Notes: generated from the sequence alone by a model not told the origin. A stretch of 64,000 nucleotides of DNA from Acidobacteriota bacterium (GCA_965217775.1 CBDCJH010000002.1:4416001-4480000); one strand, 5' to 3'. Shown: positions 36,346-47,049, counted from the first letter of the stretch. Translations and numbers: made by a program.

Positions 36346-37326
36346 ATGAGAGCGGTCCTGATCCAAGAACCCGGCGGTCCGGAGGTCCTTCGCTTGGCCG
36401 AGGTCTCCGACCCGGCGCCGTCGCCCGGGGAAATCCTGGTCCGGGTCCGCGCCACCGCCCTGAATCGGGCCGACCTGCTCCAACGGCAGGGCCTCTATCC
36501 TCCCCCTCCCGGCACCCATCCCCAGATACCCGGTCTCGAATTCGCAGGGTGCGTGGAAACGGCCGGCGCCGCGGTCACCGAATTCCAGCCGGGACAACGA
36601 GTCATGGGCCTGTTGCCGGGTGCGGGCTATGCGGAGAAGGTGGTCACTCCGGAGCGCTTGGCGCTGCCCATACCGGACCGTCTGGGCTTTCAAGAGGCGG
36701 CGGCCATTCCCGAGGTCTTCCTGACCGCCTTCGACGCCCTCCAGTTGCAGGGCAGCCTGGGACCGGGACAGACCCTGCTGCTCCATGGGGCCGGAAGCGG
36801 CGTCGGAACCGCGGCTCTTCAGTTGTGCCGCCTGACCGGAGCCACGAGCATCGGCACCTCGCGTTCCCGTGAGAAACTGGACCGCTGCCTGGAGTTGGGG
36901 CTGGATCACGCCGTTCTCACCCAGCGGGAGGACTTCCGGGAAGCCGTACTGGAGTTGACGGCAGGACGTGGGGTCGATCTGATCCTGGACATGGTCGGCG
37001 GGGCCTATCTCGAGCAGAATCTCTCCTGTCTGGCTCCCCGGGGGTTGTTGATACTGATCGGGTTGCTGGGTGGACCCTCGGCCCCTGTCGACCTGTCCCG
37101 GATCCTCAAGCAGAGCCTCCGGATCCGAGGCACGGTCCTGCGTCCCCGTCCGGTGGAAGAGAAGATCCGTCTGAACCAGGAATTCCGGCGCCGAATCCTG
37201 CCCTGCTTCGAGAACGGTGTCCTCACGCCGATCATCGACCGGGCGTTTCCCCTGGAAGAGGCGTCGGAGGCTCATTCCTTCATGGAGAGCAACCGGAACT
37301 TCGGCAAGATCGTGCTGACCGTTTGA
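36346..37326 (+). CDS. NAD(P)H-quinone oxidoreductase (zeta-crystallin/PIG3 type)
   Basis: LNRADLLQRQG, PGLEFAG, HGAGSGVG, GKIVL. Confidence 0.92.
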   Translation: MRAVLIQEPGGPEVLRLAEVSDPAPSPGEILVRVRATALNRADLLQRQGLYPPPPGTHPQIPGLEFAGCVETAGAAVTEFQPGQRVMGLLPGAGYAEKVVTPERLALPIPDRLGFQEAAAIPEVFLTAFDALQLQGSLGPGQTLLLHGAGSGVGTAALQLCRLTGATSIGTSRSREKLDRCLELGLDHAVLTQREDFREAVLELTAGRGVDLILDMVGGAYLEQNLSCLAPRGLLILIGLLGGPSAPVDLSRILKQSLRIRGTVLRPRPVEEKIRLNQEFRRRILPCFENGVLTPIIDRAFPLEEASEAHSFMESNRNFGKIVLTV

Positions 37327-37333
37327 GTCAAGA

Positions 37334-37571
37334 GAAAAGCTCCCCCACCGGCCCGGTCCGGCGGACGCCCGGTAAAAAAAGGGTAGGAGCGGCGGTTTCC
37401 AGCCGCCGAACTGGAGTAACCGCGGCCCGACGATGCAACGGGCGCGCGGCGGAATGAGCACGTGAGGGGAGGGCGACTGGAAATCGCTCCTTGTTCCTAG
37501 TGGAAGAATGGGCGACTGGAAATCGCCCCTTGTTCCTAGTGGAAGAATGGGCGACTGGAAATCGCCCCTCC
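37334..37571. repeat. REP-like family B cluster with 39-bp tandem repeat (37471-37571)
   Basis: gggcgactggaaatcgc[ct]ccttgttcctagtggaagaat repeated about 2.6 times. Confidence 0.85.
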
Positions 37572-37577
37572 TCGCCG

Positions 37578-38978
37578 TCAAATCCGGACCAGGCAGGCCA
37601 CGTTCTCGATGTGGTAGGTCTGGGGAAACATGTCCACCGGGCGCACGCTCACCACTCGGTAGCGCTGGGCCAGGATTTTGAGGTCGCGAGCCTGGGTGGC
37701 GGGATTGCAACTGACGTACACGATCCGTTCCGGGGCCAAGTCGAGAATGGACCGGCAGGTGTTCTTGTGCATGCCGGCGCGGGGCGGGTCCACGACCAGG
37801 ACCTCGGGTCTTCCCTGGCGGAGGATCAGGTTTCGGTTCAGCGCCTTGGCGGCATCCATGAGCACGAAGGTGCAATTCCGGATCCCGTTGGAGACGACAT
37901 TGGCTCGGGCGGCGGCGATGGCCGTCCCGTGATTGTCGATGCCCACCACCTTCTGGCAATCCCGGGCCAGGATCATCGCGATGGTCCCGATTCCACAGTA
38001 CAAATCGTAGACGATTTCATGTCCGGTAAGGCCGGAATACCGTCGCACCACGTCGAACAGATTGCGTGCCTGGGAAGTGTTGGGTTGGAAGAAGGTCGTG
38101 GGGGCGATCCGGAACTCCAGGTCGCCGATGCGCTCCCGGATGACACCGGCGCCGTGGTAGACCACTTCCTCCTGGCCCGAGGCCACAGGCGAAAGGGTCT
38201 CGTTGATGCTGTTGACGATGGTGGTGATCTGGGGAAACTCACGCAACAACTCGGCGCACAGCAGCTTCATGCGGTCGGGTCGCCGCTGGCGGGTCACCAG
38301 ATTGACCATGAAATCGCCCGTGTTGGAGCCGGTCCGGATCACCAGGTTCCGAAGATATCCTTCACCCGAATAAGAGCTGTAGGCTTTCCAGCCCTGCTCC
38401 TCGGCGAGTCTCCGGACCCGATTGACCACCTGGACGCTGACCGGGCTCTGGAGAAAACAGACCTCCAGATCCAGGATCTTGTCATGACGCTTGGGAATGT
38501 GAAGGCCCAGTGCGAATCCCTTCCTGAGCGGAACTCCGCTCCGGATCTCCTCCGGCATCAACCAGCGGTTGGGGCCGAAGGTGAACTCCATCTTGTTGCG
38601 GTAGTAGAAGACGTTGGGAGAGGGTAACGTGGATTTCACCTCCACGCCGGTGATCCCGCCCAGGTGCTGCAGCGTCTCCTCCACCTGGGCCCGCTTGAAG
38701 GAGAGCTGGCGCTGGTAGTCCACGTTCTGGCAACTGCACCCTCCACAGGTGCCGAAGTAGCGGCAGGCCGGTGCGACCCGGCAGGGAGACAGCTCCAACA
38801 CCTCCTCCACCACGGCTTCCGCGTGCTGGCGTTTCTTCTTGACGACCCGCGCCCGGACCCGGTCTCCGGGGACCCCGTTCCGGACCAGGATGACCAGCCC
38901 GTTCCGGCGCGCCACCGAGACCCCCTTGTAGGCGGCCGACTCGACGTCCAGTTCCACAATATCGCCGCGGCTCAACAT
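37578..38978 (-). CDS. rlmD: 23S rRNA (uracil-C5)-methyltransferase RlmD
   Basis: TRAM domain, CRYFGTCGGC, YRNK, FFQPN, DLYCGIG, DPPRAG, YVSCNP. Confidence 0.93.
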   Translation of the reverse strand: MLSRGDIVELDVESAAYKGVSVARRNGLVILVRNGVPGDRVRARVVKKKRQHAEAVVEEVLELSPCRVAPACRYFGTCGGCSCQNVDYQRQLSFKRAQVEETLQHLGGITGVEVKSTLPSPNVFYYRNKMEFTFGPNRWLMPEEIRSGVPLRKGFALGLHIPKRHDKILDLEVCFLQSPVSVQVVNRVRRLAEEQGWKAYSSYSGEGYLRNLVIRTGSNTGDFMVNLVTRQRRPDRMKLLCAELLREFPQITTIVNSINETLSPVASGQEEVVYHGAGVIRERIGDLEFRIAPTTFFQPNTSQARNLFDVVRRYSGLTGHEIVYDLYCGIGTIAMILARDCQKVVGIDNHGTAIAAARANVVSNGIRNCTFVLMDAAKALNRNLILRQGRPEVLVVDPPRAGMHKNTCRSILDLAPERIVYVSCNPATQARDLKILAQRYRVVSVRPVDMFPQTYHIENVACLVRI

Positions 38979-39145
38979 GACACTTCACCCGATTCCGGGA
39001 GGTGATCATAGCAGATGGACCTCAGACCAAGGCATGATGCCTCTGGGGCCGACCGTTGCCGGACACCACTCCTTCCGGCGACCTCCATCCCGCATCGGCC
39101 GGCGCCCGTGGCGACTTTCAAATCAGAGTGCTAAGGTGTAAAGCC

Positions 39146-40228
39146 ATGATTTCTCAACCCTTCGCGACACCTTACGGCAGATTCTCCCGGATTCCTTCCG
39201 GGCGCTGGTCCACGGGCTTGATGCTGATCTGGCTCCTTCTACTGCCCAGCCGAACCCTGCTTGGCCGAACCTTGGATATCTACTTCATCGACGCCGAAGG
39301 GGGTGCGGCGACTTTCATCGTCACCCCCCTGAAAGAATCGATTCTCATCGACACGGGATGGAGAAGAGAGGATGGCCGGGACGCCAAGAGAATCGAGGCG
39401 GTGGCCCGTGCGGCCGGTCTCGAACGCATCGACTATGTGGTCACGACCCACTTTCACGCGGACCATTACGGGGGAATCGGACGCTTGGCGCAGTTGATCC
39501 CCATCGCCAACTTCCTCGACCACGGGCCCATGGACGAGCTCAAGGAGGACCCCCGGTTCCCCCTCTTCTACACGGAGTACATCCGGGCCACCCGGGGCAA
39601 CCGGCAGCGGATCCGGCCTGGAGAAACGATCCCCCTCCGGAGTCTGCAGGTGCCTCTCAAACTCCTCTGCGTGTCTGCCGCCGGGGAGACTCTCAAGGGC
39701 GAAGGTCCCTCCAATCCGGCCTGCCGGAAGCTCACCCGGAAGAAGAAAGACACGACTGACAATGCCAGAAGCGTGGGCCTGCTCCTGAGCTACGGGAAGT
39801 TCGAGTTTCTGGATCTGGGCGACCTGACCTGGAACGTGGAAGCCCGCCTGGCCTGTCCCTCGAACCTGCTCGGGCAGATCGATCTCTATCAAACCACCCA
39901 CCACGGACTGCCCAACAGCAACAACCCGGTCCTGGTCTCCGCCGTCGATCCCGGCGTGGCCGTCTTCAATAACGGCTCCCGCAAAGGGGCCGCTCCCGAG
40001 GTCTTCTCGCTGCTGAAGTCGCTCCCCTCCGTCGAGGCGATCTTCCAGGTTCACAAGAACCTGGATTCCGGCCCGGACGGCAACGCCCCCGAGGATTTCA
40101 TCGCCAACCTGGGAGGCGACGAGGATTGCGCCGGGCATCTGCTGAAGGTGTCGGTGAGCGCCGACGGCTCCTCCTACACCGTCACTAACGGCCGCAACAA
40201 CCTGAGCCGGACCTTCGCGAGCCGCTGA
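39146..40228 (+). CDS. MBL-fold metallo-hydrolase (ComEC/Rec2-like), probably secreted
   Basis: IDTG, THFHADHYGG, GDL, HHG. Confidence 0.85.
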   Translation: MISQPFATPYGRFSRIPSGRWSTGLMLIWLLLLPSRTLLGRTLDIYFIDAEGGAATFIVTPLKESILIDTGWRREDGRDAKRIEAVARAAGLERIDYVVTTHFHADHYGGIGRLAQLIPIANFLDHGPMDELKEDPRFPLFYTEYIRATRGNRQRIRPGETIPLRSLQVPLKLLCVSAAGETLKGEGPSNPACRKLTRKKKDTTDNARSVGLLLSYGKFEFLDLGDLTWNVEARLACPSNLLGQIDLYQTTHHGLPNSNNPVLVSAVDPGVAVFNNGSRKGAAPEVFSLLKSLPSVEAIFQVHKNLDSGPDGNAPEDFIANLGGDEDCAGHLLKVSVSADGSSYTVTNGRNNLSRTFASR

Positions 40229-40292
40229 TACGGACAGGACCGATGTTCACGCCGATTTTCTTGACCAGGTCCAGGCTCGGCAGCGCGAGTCT

Positions 40293-40415
40293 ATGGAAAA
40301 ACGAAAGTTGGGGGGTATGGAAGGGCAGTTCCGGATGTCTCCCGACTTTGACGATGAGGACGAGGAACTCATCGAGCTGATTGAGAACTCGAAGATCTTC
40401 CCGGACGAGACGTGA
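40293..40415 (+). CDS. 40-aa ORF resembling the C-terminal part of DUF2281/Phd-type antitoxins
   Basis: MEKRKLGGMEGQFRMSPDFDDEDEELIELIENSKIFPDET. Confidence 0.4.
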   Translation: MEKRKLGGMEGQFRMSPDFDDEDEELIELIENSKIFPDET

Positions 40416-40449
40416 GAAACGAGCCCAATCGGACCCTTGCGTGAACTGC

Positions 40450-41568
40450 TCAGCCTTCCGATTCCGGCACGGCGAAAGGTTCCAGAGGCAGAGAGGTCGG
40501 GCGGTTCGTCAGCAGTTGGGACATGAGGAGACCGGAAACCGGCGCGAGCAATATTCCGCTGCGGTTGTGCGCCGTGGCGACGTAGAGGTTCTCGAAGTCC
40601 CTCAGACGACCCAGAAAGGGTCCTCCCCGGCGAGCGGCCGGCCGCAGACCGGCCCACGAGGTCACGAAGGTGGCATCCGACAGGCCCGGAGCCACGTGAA
40701 AGGCCCAGTCGAGCAGTTCGAGAACTCCGTGCACAGTGCTGGTCTTGTCGAAACCGACCGCTTCCTCGGTGGCGCCCACCAAGAGCTTTCCATCGCTTCT
40801 CGGCACCAGGTAGTGGCCGTTGTTGTTCACGATCTGACCGAGTTTTCCCGGCAGCGACTCCAGGAGCACGATCTCGCCCTTGGAGGAGTAGACGGGCAGG
40901 TTCACTCCCACCCGGTTGCCCACCAGACCGGACCAGGCTCCCGTGGCCAGGACGAAGCTCTCCCCCTGGACCCGATCCTCCGGAGTTAAAATGGCGACGA
41001 CACGCCCGGACCGGATCTCGAGGTCCACTACGGGACTATGCTCCAAGATCCGCGTTCCCAGCCGCTGGGCCGCCAGGGATAACGCCCGGACCAGCCGGGG
41101 AGGCCGGATCGAACCGTCGCCGGGGAAACGGATCGCGGCCCGGGCGGCCCGGTTGACCGCCGGCTCCAGTTCGAACAGATCGGCCGGCTCCAAGTATTCG
41201 ACCTCAAGGCCCGCCAGAATAGACCCTCGATAATAGTTCCTGGCTTTCCCGACCCCTTCCTCGTCCAGAAAGACATGGATACCGCCAATGGATCGATACT
41301 CGGGGTCCACGCCGCTCAGCTCGATGAGCTCCTCGACCAGAGGCTCGAACATGCTCCGGCTCAAAGTCGCCAAGCGCTCGTAGGGATGGTTGCTGGCGGG
41401 ACGTCCATGATTCAGGATGCCGGCGGAAGCCCAGGAGGCTTCCCGTCCGACCCGGCCCCGCTCCAAAATCAGGACCGACACTCCCTCCTTGGCCAGATGG
41501 TAAGCGACGGCGCAGCCGATGACTCCCGCGCCGACGACGATGACGTCTGCGGACTTCGTCTTCACCAT
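40450..41568 (-). CDS. thiO: Glycine oxidase ThiO-like FAD-dependent oxidoreductase
   Basis: GAGVIG, ASWASAGIL, WAGLRP, HNRSGILLAP. Confidence 0.8.
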   Translation of the reverse strand: MVKTKSADVIVVGAGVIGCAVAYHLAKEGVSVLILERGRVGREASWASAGILNHGRPASNHPYERLATLSRSMFEPLVEELIELSGVDPEYRSIGGIHVFLDEEGVGKARNYYRGSILAGLEVEYLEPADLFELEPAVNRAARAAIRFPGDGSIRPPRLVRALSLAAQRLGTRILEHSPVVDLEIRSGRVVAILTPEDRVQGESFVLATGAWSGLVGNRVGVNLPVYSSKGEIVLLESLPGKLGQIVNNNGHYLVPRSDGKLLVGATEEAVGFDKTSTVHGVLELLDWAFHVAPGLSDATFVTSWAGLRPAARRGGPFLGRLRDFENLYVATAHNRSGILLAPVSGLLMSQLLTNRPTSLPLEPFAVPESEG

Positions 41569-41702
41569 GGATTGAAGGAGTTTATTCTAAGTGCCCGCAG
41601 GAAAAGCTGCCACTGAGCGCGACCCATTTCAGCCCTTGGCAAGAGTCGTCACGGGTTGATATCGGACGCTGTCTGCGGCCGGCGCGATGGGCCCGGACGG
41701 GA

Positions 41703-43190
41703 TCAACCCCAGATCAGAGGCAACCACCAGTTGGCTGCCGCGAACAGCAGGATGGCGAAAGCCAGGTTCAGGGCCAGCCCGGCACGGATCATCTCGCCGA
41801 TCCTCAGGTACCCCGATCCGAAGACGATGGCATTGGGCGGCGTGGCCACAGGAAGCATGAAGGCGCAGGACGCCGCCGTGGTGGCGGCCAGCATCAGAGG
41901 GTAGGGCGCTTCCCCCGTGGCGGCGGCGAGGGCCGCCATGATGGGGATGAAGATGGTCGCCGTCGCCGTGTTGGAGGTGAGCTCGGTCAGGAAGATGACC
42001 ACCAGAGTCGCCGCCAATACCAGCACGGCAGGAGGATACCCGTGCAGAATCGACAACTGGTCGGCCATCCAGGCTCCGAGGCCCGATTCCTGGATCCCCT
42101 TGGCCAGGGCCAGCCCTCCGCCGAACAGAATCAGCACTCCCCAAGGAATTTCCTTGGCGTCGGACCATTCCAGGAGCTTCGGTTCCCTTGCCGAGAGCGC
42201 GAACAGCAAGAGCGCCCCCAGGATGGCGATCATGGTGTCGCTGACGTCATGGAGACCGATCCGAACGAACCCGTGGGGCCAGAGGCCACGCAAGATCCAG
42301 AGGCCGGCCACGGAGCCGGAGATCAGGAGCACCCTCCTCTCCGCGGTGCTCATCGCTCCCAGAGAGGCAAGTTGCCGCCGAATATGGCTGCTGCCGGAGT
42401 CGGAACGGGGCTCGCGTCCCAGGGGACAGGCCATCCGGGTCAGGTAGAACCAGGCCAGGGGAACTCCCACGGCCACCAGCGGAACTCCGTAGAGCATCCA
42501 GTCCAGGAAGGTCACGGTCCGGCCCATGTTGGATTCGAGATAGCCCACGAGTATTGCGTTCGGCGGACTCCCAACGATGGTTCCCAGCCCTCCGATGGAG
42601 GCCGCGTAGGCCACTCCCAACATCAGGGCCTTGCCGAACTTGGACCCGGCGGCCCCGTCCGGACCCTGCACCTGGGTCACGATACCCAGAGCAATGGGAA
42701 CCATCATGACCACGCACGCCGTGTTGGAGATCCACATGGAGAGGAGCGCGGTGGCCGCCATGACCCCCAGGACGACGCGGCGAGGGTCCAGGCCGAACAA
42801 CCCGACGGCCCTGAGGGCGACGCGCCGGGCGAGACCCGACTTCTTGAATGCCGCCGAAAGCAGGAACCCGCCCAGGAACAGGAAGATGACGGGATGGCCG
42901 TAGGAGAGGGTCACCTCTTTGGCGGGCACCACTCCGCTCGCGGGAAACAGGACGATGGGGAGCAGGGCCGTGGCCGGGAGCGGAATCGCCTCGGTCATCC
43001 ACCAGCAGGCCATCCAGAGAGCCGCGGCCCCGATGGCCAGAGCCTCGGCTTCCATAGCTCCCTGGCCCAGCAGGAGGACGGACAAGAAAAGCACGGGACC
43101 CAGGACCAGGCCGATCCATTTGACCCAGCCGGACCCGGCACCGCCCGGGGCGACGGCCGATCCCGAGTCTGTAGCCACCTTGTTCTTCAT
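41703..43190 (-). CDS. DASS/SLC13 family sodium-coupled anion symporter
   Basis: SMWISNT, IVGSPPN, TELTSNT, PVATPPN. Confidence 0.93.
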   Translation of the reverse strand: MKNKVATDSGSAVAPGGAGSGWVKWIGLVLGPVLFLSVLLLGQGAMEAEALAIGAAALWMACWWMTEAIPLPATALLPIVLFPASGVVPAKEVTLSYGHPVIFLFLGGFLLSAAFKKSGLARRVALRAVGLFGLDPRRVVLGVMAATALLSMWISNTACVVMMVPIALGIVTQVQGPDGAAGSKFGKALMLGVAYAASIGGLGTIVGSPPNAILVGYLESNMGRTVTFLDWMLYGVPLVAVGVPLAWFYLTRMACPLGREPRSDSGSSHIRRQLASLGAMSTAERRVLLISGSVAGLWILRGLWPHGFVRIGLHDVSDTMIAILGALLLFALSAREPKLLEWSDAKEIPWGVLILFGGGLALAKGIQESGLGAWMADQLSILHGYPPAVLVLAATLVVIFLTELTSNTATATIFIPIMAALAAATGEAPYPLMLAATTAASCAFMLPVATPPNAIVFGSGYLRIGEMIRAGLALNLAFAILLFAAANWWLPLIWG

Positions 43191-43260
43191 GGGGTTCGAT
43201 TCCGAATCGAAAACTTACCAGTTCCGGGCCGGGATTTCCCGCCGTTTGGAGAGACGACTG

Positions 43261-43423
43261 GGAGCGGCGGCTTTCTTGCCGCCGACCAGGGGGGTTGGGG
43301 GGACGGAGTCCCCCTCTACGCTTCCAAAAGCCAGACTTCCATACGAACATGCTGCGTGGTAACAGCGACATTCGAGTTCCACCCCTCCCGCCGGAGGCGG
43401 GGGTTAAAAACCCCCGCTCCCAC
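43261..43423. repeat. REP-like family B cluster
   Basis: ggagcggcggctttcttgccgcc...ggcgggggttaaaaacccccgctccca. Confidence 0.8.
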
Positions 43424-43490
43424 ACCGCTTGCGGGAAACGTGCTTCCGGCATACCCTTTGACCGCGAATCTCCCGAATGAGGTCTCCATC

Positions 43491-44846
43491 ATGAAAAACC
43501 AAGAAATCAGTTCGTTCCGGCTCGCATCTCGCATTCTCCGCACTCCTCCAACCTGTCTATGCCTGATCTGGGCGGTTTTGATCCCACAAGTCGCTTATGG
43601 TGAGGACTGGCCCCAATGGAGGGGTCCGAACCGGGATGGAGTCTGGCGGGAGACCGGGATCGTCTCAGAGCTCCCTGCGGAGCTGAACTTCAAATGGAGG
43701 ATGGAAATCGGTCAAGGGTACGCGGGGCCGGCGGTGGTGGGTAACCGGCTCTACATTACCGACCTGGTGCCGGGGACAGATGCCCAGGCGTCCGCCGGCA
43801 ACCGGGAGCGGGTACTCTGCATGGACGCCGGAACCGGCGCCACTCTCTGGAAGCACGAATACGCCTGCGACTACGCGATCTCCTACCCGCAAGGACCTCG
43901 CGCCACTCCCACCGTCCACCAGGGCAAAGTCTACACCCTGGGGGCCATGGGGGACCTGCTCTGTCTGGACGCCGCCACCGGAAAGGTCCTGTGGTCCCGG
44001 AACTACATCCGGGATTTCGGCGCCCAGGCGCCCATCTGGGGGTTCTCCGCCGCGCCACTGGTGGACGGCAAGAAGCTCATCGTGATCGCCGGAGGAACCG
44101 AGAACCGTTGCGTCCTGGCCCTGGACAAGGAGACCGGACGCGAGATCTGGTGGTCCTTGGAGGCCGACGAACCGGGCTACTCGGCGCCGGTCATCTTTAA
44201 GTTCGGCGGCGCCCGCCAGCTCGTCATCTGGAATCCGAAGGGGCTCTACGGCCTCGATCCGGAGACCGGCCAAGCCTACTGGAGCCGGGAGTTCCCCGTC
44301 CGGAACGGACTCACCCTGGCCACGCCCGTCTTCGACCCCGACCGCAATCTCCTCTTCGTGAGCGCCTTCTACGACGGTCCTCTCATGCTGCGGACCGGTT
44401 CCGACAGACCGTCGGCGGCGCTCCTCTGGAAAGGCAGGAGCACCAGCGAGATCGAGACCGACGGCCTGCACTCCCTCATGTGCACGCCGGTCCTGGACCG
44501 GGGACATCTCTACGGGGTGGACAGTTACGGCCAGCTTCGCTGTCTGGACGCGCTGACCGGACAGCGGGTCTGGGAGACGTTGAAAGCCACGGGCAAGGGA
44601 CGCTGGTGGAACGCCTTCCTGGTCCGGCACCAGAATCGGTTCATCATCCTCAACGAGCAGGGAGAGATGATCTTCGCCAGGCTCTCTCCCGACGGCTACC
44701 AGGAGACGAGCCGGACCACCCTGATCGAACCGGTGGTTCCCATCCAGAGACGCCTCACCGTCTGGTCCCACCCTGCGTTCGCCAACCGGTCCATCTACGC
44801 CCGGAACAACCGGTCGATCGTCTGCGCGGATCTGTCCGCCCGTTGA
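43491..44846 (+). CDS. PQQ-binding-like beta-propeller repeat protein
   Basis: DWPQWRGPNRDG, CLDAATGKVLW repeats. Confidence 0.9.
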   Translation: MKNQEISSFRLASRILRTPPTCLCLIWAVLIPQVAYGEDWPQWRGPNRDGVWRETGIVSELPAELNFKWRMEIGQGYAGPAVVGNRLYITDLVPGTDAQASAGNRERVLCMDAGTGATLWKHEYACDYAISYPQGPRATPTVHQGKVYTLGAMGDLLCLDAATGKVLWSRNYIRDFGAQAPIWGFSAAPLVDGKKLIVIAGGTENRCVLALDKETGREIWWSLEADEPGYSAPVIFKFGGARQLVIWNPKGLYGLDPETGQAYWSREFPVRNGLTLATPVFDPDRNLLFVSAFYDGPLMLRTGSDRPSAALLWKGRSTSEIETDGLHSLMCTPVLDRGHLYGVDSYGQLRCLDALTGQRVWETLKATGKGRWWNAFLVRHQNRFIILNEQGEMIFARLSPDGYQETSRTTLIEPVVPIQRRLTVWSHPAFANRSIYARNNRSIVCADLSAR

Positions 44847-44855
44847 GGCGGCGGG

Positions 44856-46163
44856 CTATGTCACCAACCGGGTCGACCAGTGGTCCCGGTACTCCCGGGT
44901 CAGCAGGGCGTTGGCTTCCGGGTCGTCCGTGATGGTCTCGGTGGCGGGATCGAACGTGTAGCTGCCCCGGGTTCGGCCCGCGATGTTCCCCAAGTGGCAG
45001 AGCGCGGTCGACAGGTGGCCCTCCTCCGCGTCGCAATTGGGCGTTTCACGAGTCCGGATACAGTCGATGAAGTTGGCGTAGTGTTCCCGGCCGCGCCTGA
45101 CCTCGGCCAATTCCTGTCGAACCAGCCGGTTCCGGGAATCGTAGATGCGGAAGCCGTACGTGCGGTGTCCGTCGAAGTAGCCGGAGACCGCCTTGCCTTC
45201 GGTGCCGTAGACTTCCACGCCGTTCTGGCCATTGTTCATCTTGTAGCTGTTCCAGAGCCGCATTTCGTACTGGATGACCGTGTTGTCGTAATCGAAGACG
45301 ACGGTCTGGGTGTCGGGCGTCTGCTGGTCGTCGTCAAAGTAGAGCTTCCGCCCGGCGCCGGTGACGTGTTTCGGCAGACCCGCCTTCATCAGCCAGCGCG
45401 CCACGTCGATCCAATGGACACCGTCGTTGCCTATGTCTCCGGCCCCGTAGTGCCAGTGCCAGTTGACGGTGCCGCTGTAGTGGTTGCGGTTGAAGGGGAG
45501 CACCGGGATGGGACCGTTCCAGAGATCGTAGTTGATCCCGGCCGGGACCGGCTCGTCTTCCTTGTGGCCGATGTTCCGGCGCTTCTGGGTGTTCCAGACC
45601 TTGGCCATGAGCAGGTCGCCGATCTTGCCCGACTGGCAGTACTCGATGAATCGGTGGGTGTTGGGACGGCTCCGGGACTGGGTCCCCACCTGCACCACCC
45701 GATCGTACCTGCGTGCTGCCTCCACCATGAGGCGGCCCTCACGGACGTTGTGGGAGACGGGCTTTTCCACGTAGACATCCTTGCCGGCTTCACAGCAGAG
45801 AATGGTTCCGGGAGCATGCCAATGGAGGGGGGTGGCGATGACGACCGCGTCCACCGACTTGTCGTCCAGAACCCGCCGGATGTCCTCCTCCATCTTGGGG
45901 CGTTTCCCCTGGGTTTCCTCCGCGATCTTGAAAGCGGGCCCCACCACGTTCTGGTCCACGTCGCAGATGTAGGCCAGATCCACGTCGGGCATCTCGCCGA
46001 AATACCGGGTCAATACCGGGCCGCGGCCCCGGACGCCCATCATGGCCACAGTCACCTTGTCGTTGGCCGAGACCCGCTTGCGGCCGCCCAAACCGGCTGC
46101 AGCGGCCGATCCAATCGCCGCCCCGCCGGCCAAACTCGCACCGAGAAAACTTCGCCTGTTCAC
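44856..46163 (-). CDS. Tat-exported Gfo/Idh/MocA oxidoreductase
   Basis: NRRSFL Tat motif; ATPLHWH, VYVEKP, DGVHWID. Confidence 0.92.
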   Translation of the reverse strand: MNRRSFLGASLAGGAAIGSAAAAGLGGRKRVSANDKVTVAMMGVRGRGPVLTRYFGEMPDVDLAYICDVDQNVVGPAFKIAEETQGKRPKMEEDIRRVLDDKSVDAVVIATPLHWHAPGTILCCEAGKDVYVEKPVSHNVREGRLMVEAARRYDRVVQVGTQSRSRPNTHRFIEYCQSGKIGDLLMAKVWNTQKRRNIGHKEDEPVPAGINYDLWNGPIPVLPFNRNHYSGTVNWHWHYGAGDIGNDGVHWIDVARWLMKAGLPKHVTGAGRKLYFDDDQQTPDTQTVVFDYDNTVIQYEMRLWNSYKMNNGQNGVEVYGTEGKAVSGYFDGHRTYGFRIYDSRNRLVRQELAEVRRGREHYANFIDCIRTRETPNCDAEEGHLSTALCHLGNIAGRTRGSYTFDPATETITDDPEANALLTREYRDHWSTRLVT

Positions 46164-46270
46164 GGCATTACCTCCTGGTCAGGATGGATGAAATACTAGG
46201 TTTTGGATATCATCCTTTGCTCTGAGAAGCAAGGCGACGGACCCATCCAGGGGCAACGATTGGGACGTAA

Positions 46271-46413
46271 GAGAGCACCCACAAGGGGTGCCCCTACGGT
46301 GACGCCGCCGGGCTCGAAGATGCGTAGGGGCGCACCTTTGTGGTCGTCCTCGGGCGGCGGACGCGTCGATGGAGCCAAGGTTGAGATGTAGGAGGGCACC
46401 CACATGGGGTGTC
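46271..46413. repeat. GTAG REP family A cluster (three copies)
   Basis: Copies at 46271-46297, 46324-46351 and 46392-46413. Confidence 0.8.
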
Positions 46414-46444
46414 GCCGCGGGAGCCGGGTTGGCGTCTGCAGGTC

Positions 46445-47029
46445 ATGATGCATGATATCCCTGAAGGAGCCATAGTCCGATGTGAGTGGGCGGTGGGGCA
46501 TCGGCTTCTCGCCGAGTATCACGACCGGGAATGGGGGGTTCCGGTGCACGACGACCGGAAGCTGTTCGAGTTTCTGGTTCTGGACGCCTTTCAGGCCGGG
46601 TTGAGCTGGCTGACCATTCTCAAGAAAAGAGAGAACTTTCGGGCAAATTTCGACGGGTTCGATCCGGAGCGGATCTGCCGATACGGCGAGGACACGATCG
46701 CCCGGCTGCTCCAGGACCCGGGGATCATCCGGAACCGGCTCAAGGTGAAAGCTACGGTGAGTAACGCCCGCTACTTTCTGAGGGTCCAGGAGGAGTTCGG
46801 GTCCTTCGACCGGTACATCTGGCAGTTCACCGGCGGCCGGACGCGCGTCAACTCCTTTCACAGTCAGAGCCGGATTCCAGCCAAGACCCGTCAATCCGAA
46901 GCCATGAGCCGATCCCTCAGGAAGCGGGGGTTCCGCTTCGTGGGGCCCACCATCTGCTACGCTTTCATGCAGGCCGCGGGCATGGTGAACGACCACGTCA
47001 CCGGCTGTTTCCGCTACGGACAACTCTGA
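46445..47029 (+). CDS. tag: DNA-3-methyladenine glycosylase I
   Basis: YHDREWG, QAGLSW, IIRNRLK, FRFVGPTICYAFMQA, NDH. Confidence 0.95.
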   Translation: MMHDIPEGAIVRCEWAVGHRLLAEYHDREWGVPVHDDRKLFEFLVLDAFQAGLSWLTILKKRENFRANFDGFDPERICRYGEDTIARLLQDPGIIRNRLKVKATVSNARYFLRVQEEFGSFDRYIWQFTGGRTRVNSFHSQSRIPAKTRQSEAMSRSLRKRGFRFVGPTICYAFMQAAGMVNDHVTGCFRYGQL

Positions 47030-47049
47030 GCCGGAAGCGGCCCCGACGG

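Noticed and set aside
37471-37571. Possible mini CRISPR array
   Set aside because: The spacers are identical, the repeat is a REP hairpin found elsewhere, and no cas genes are present.
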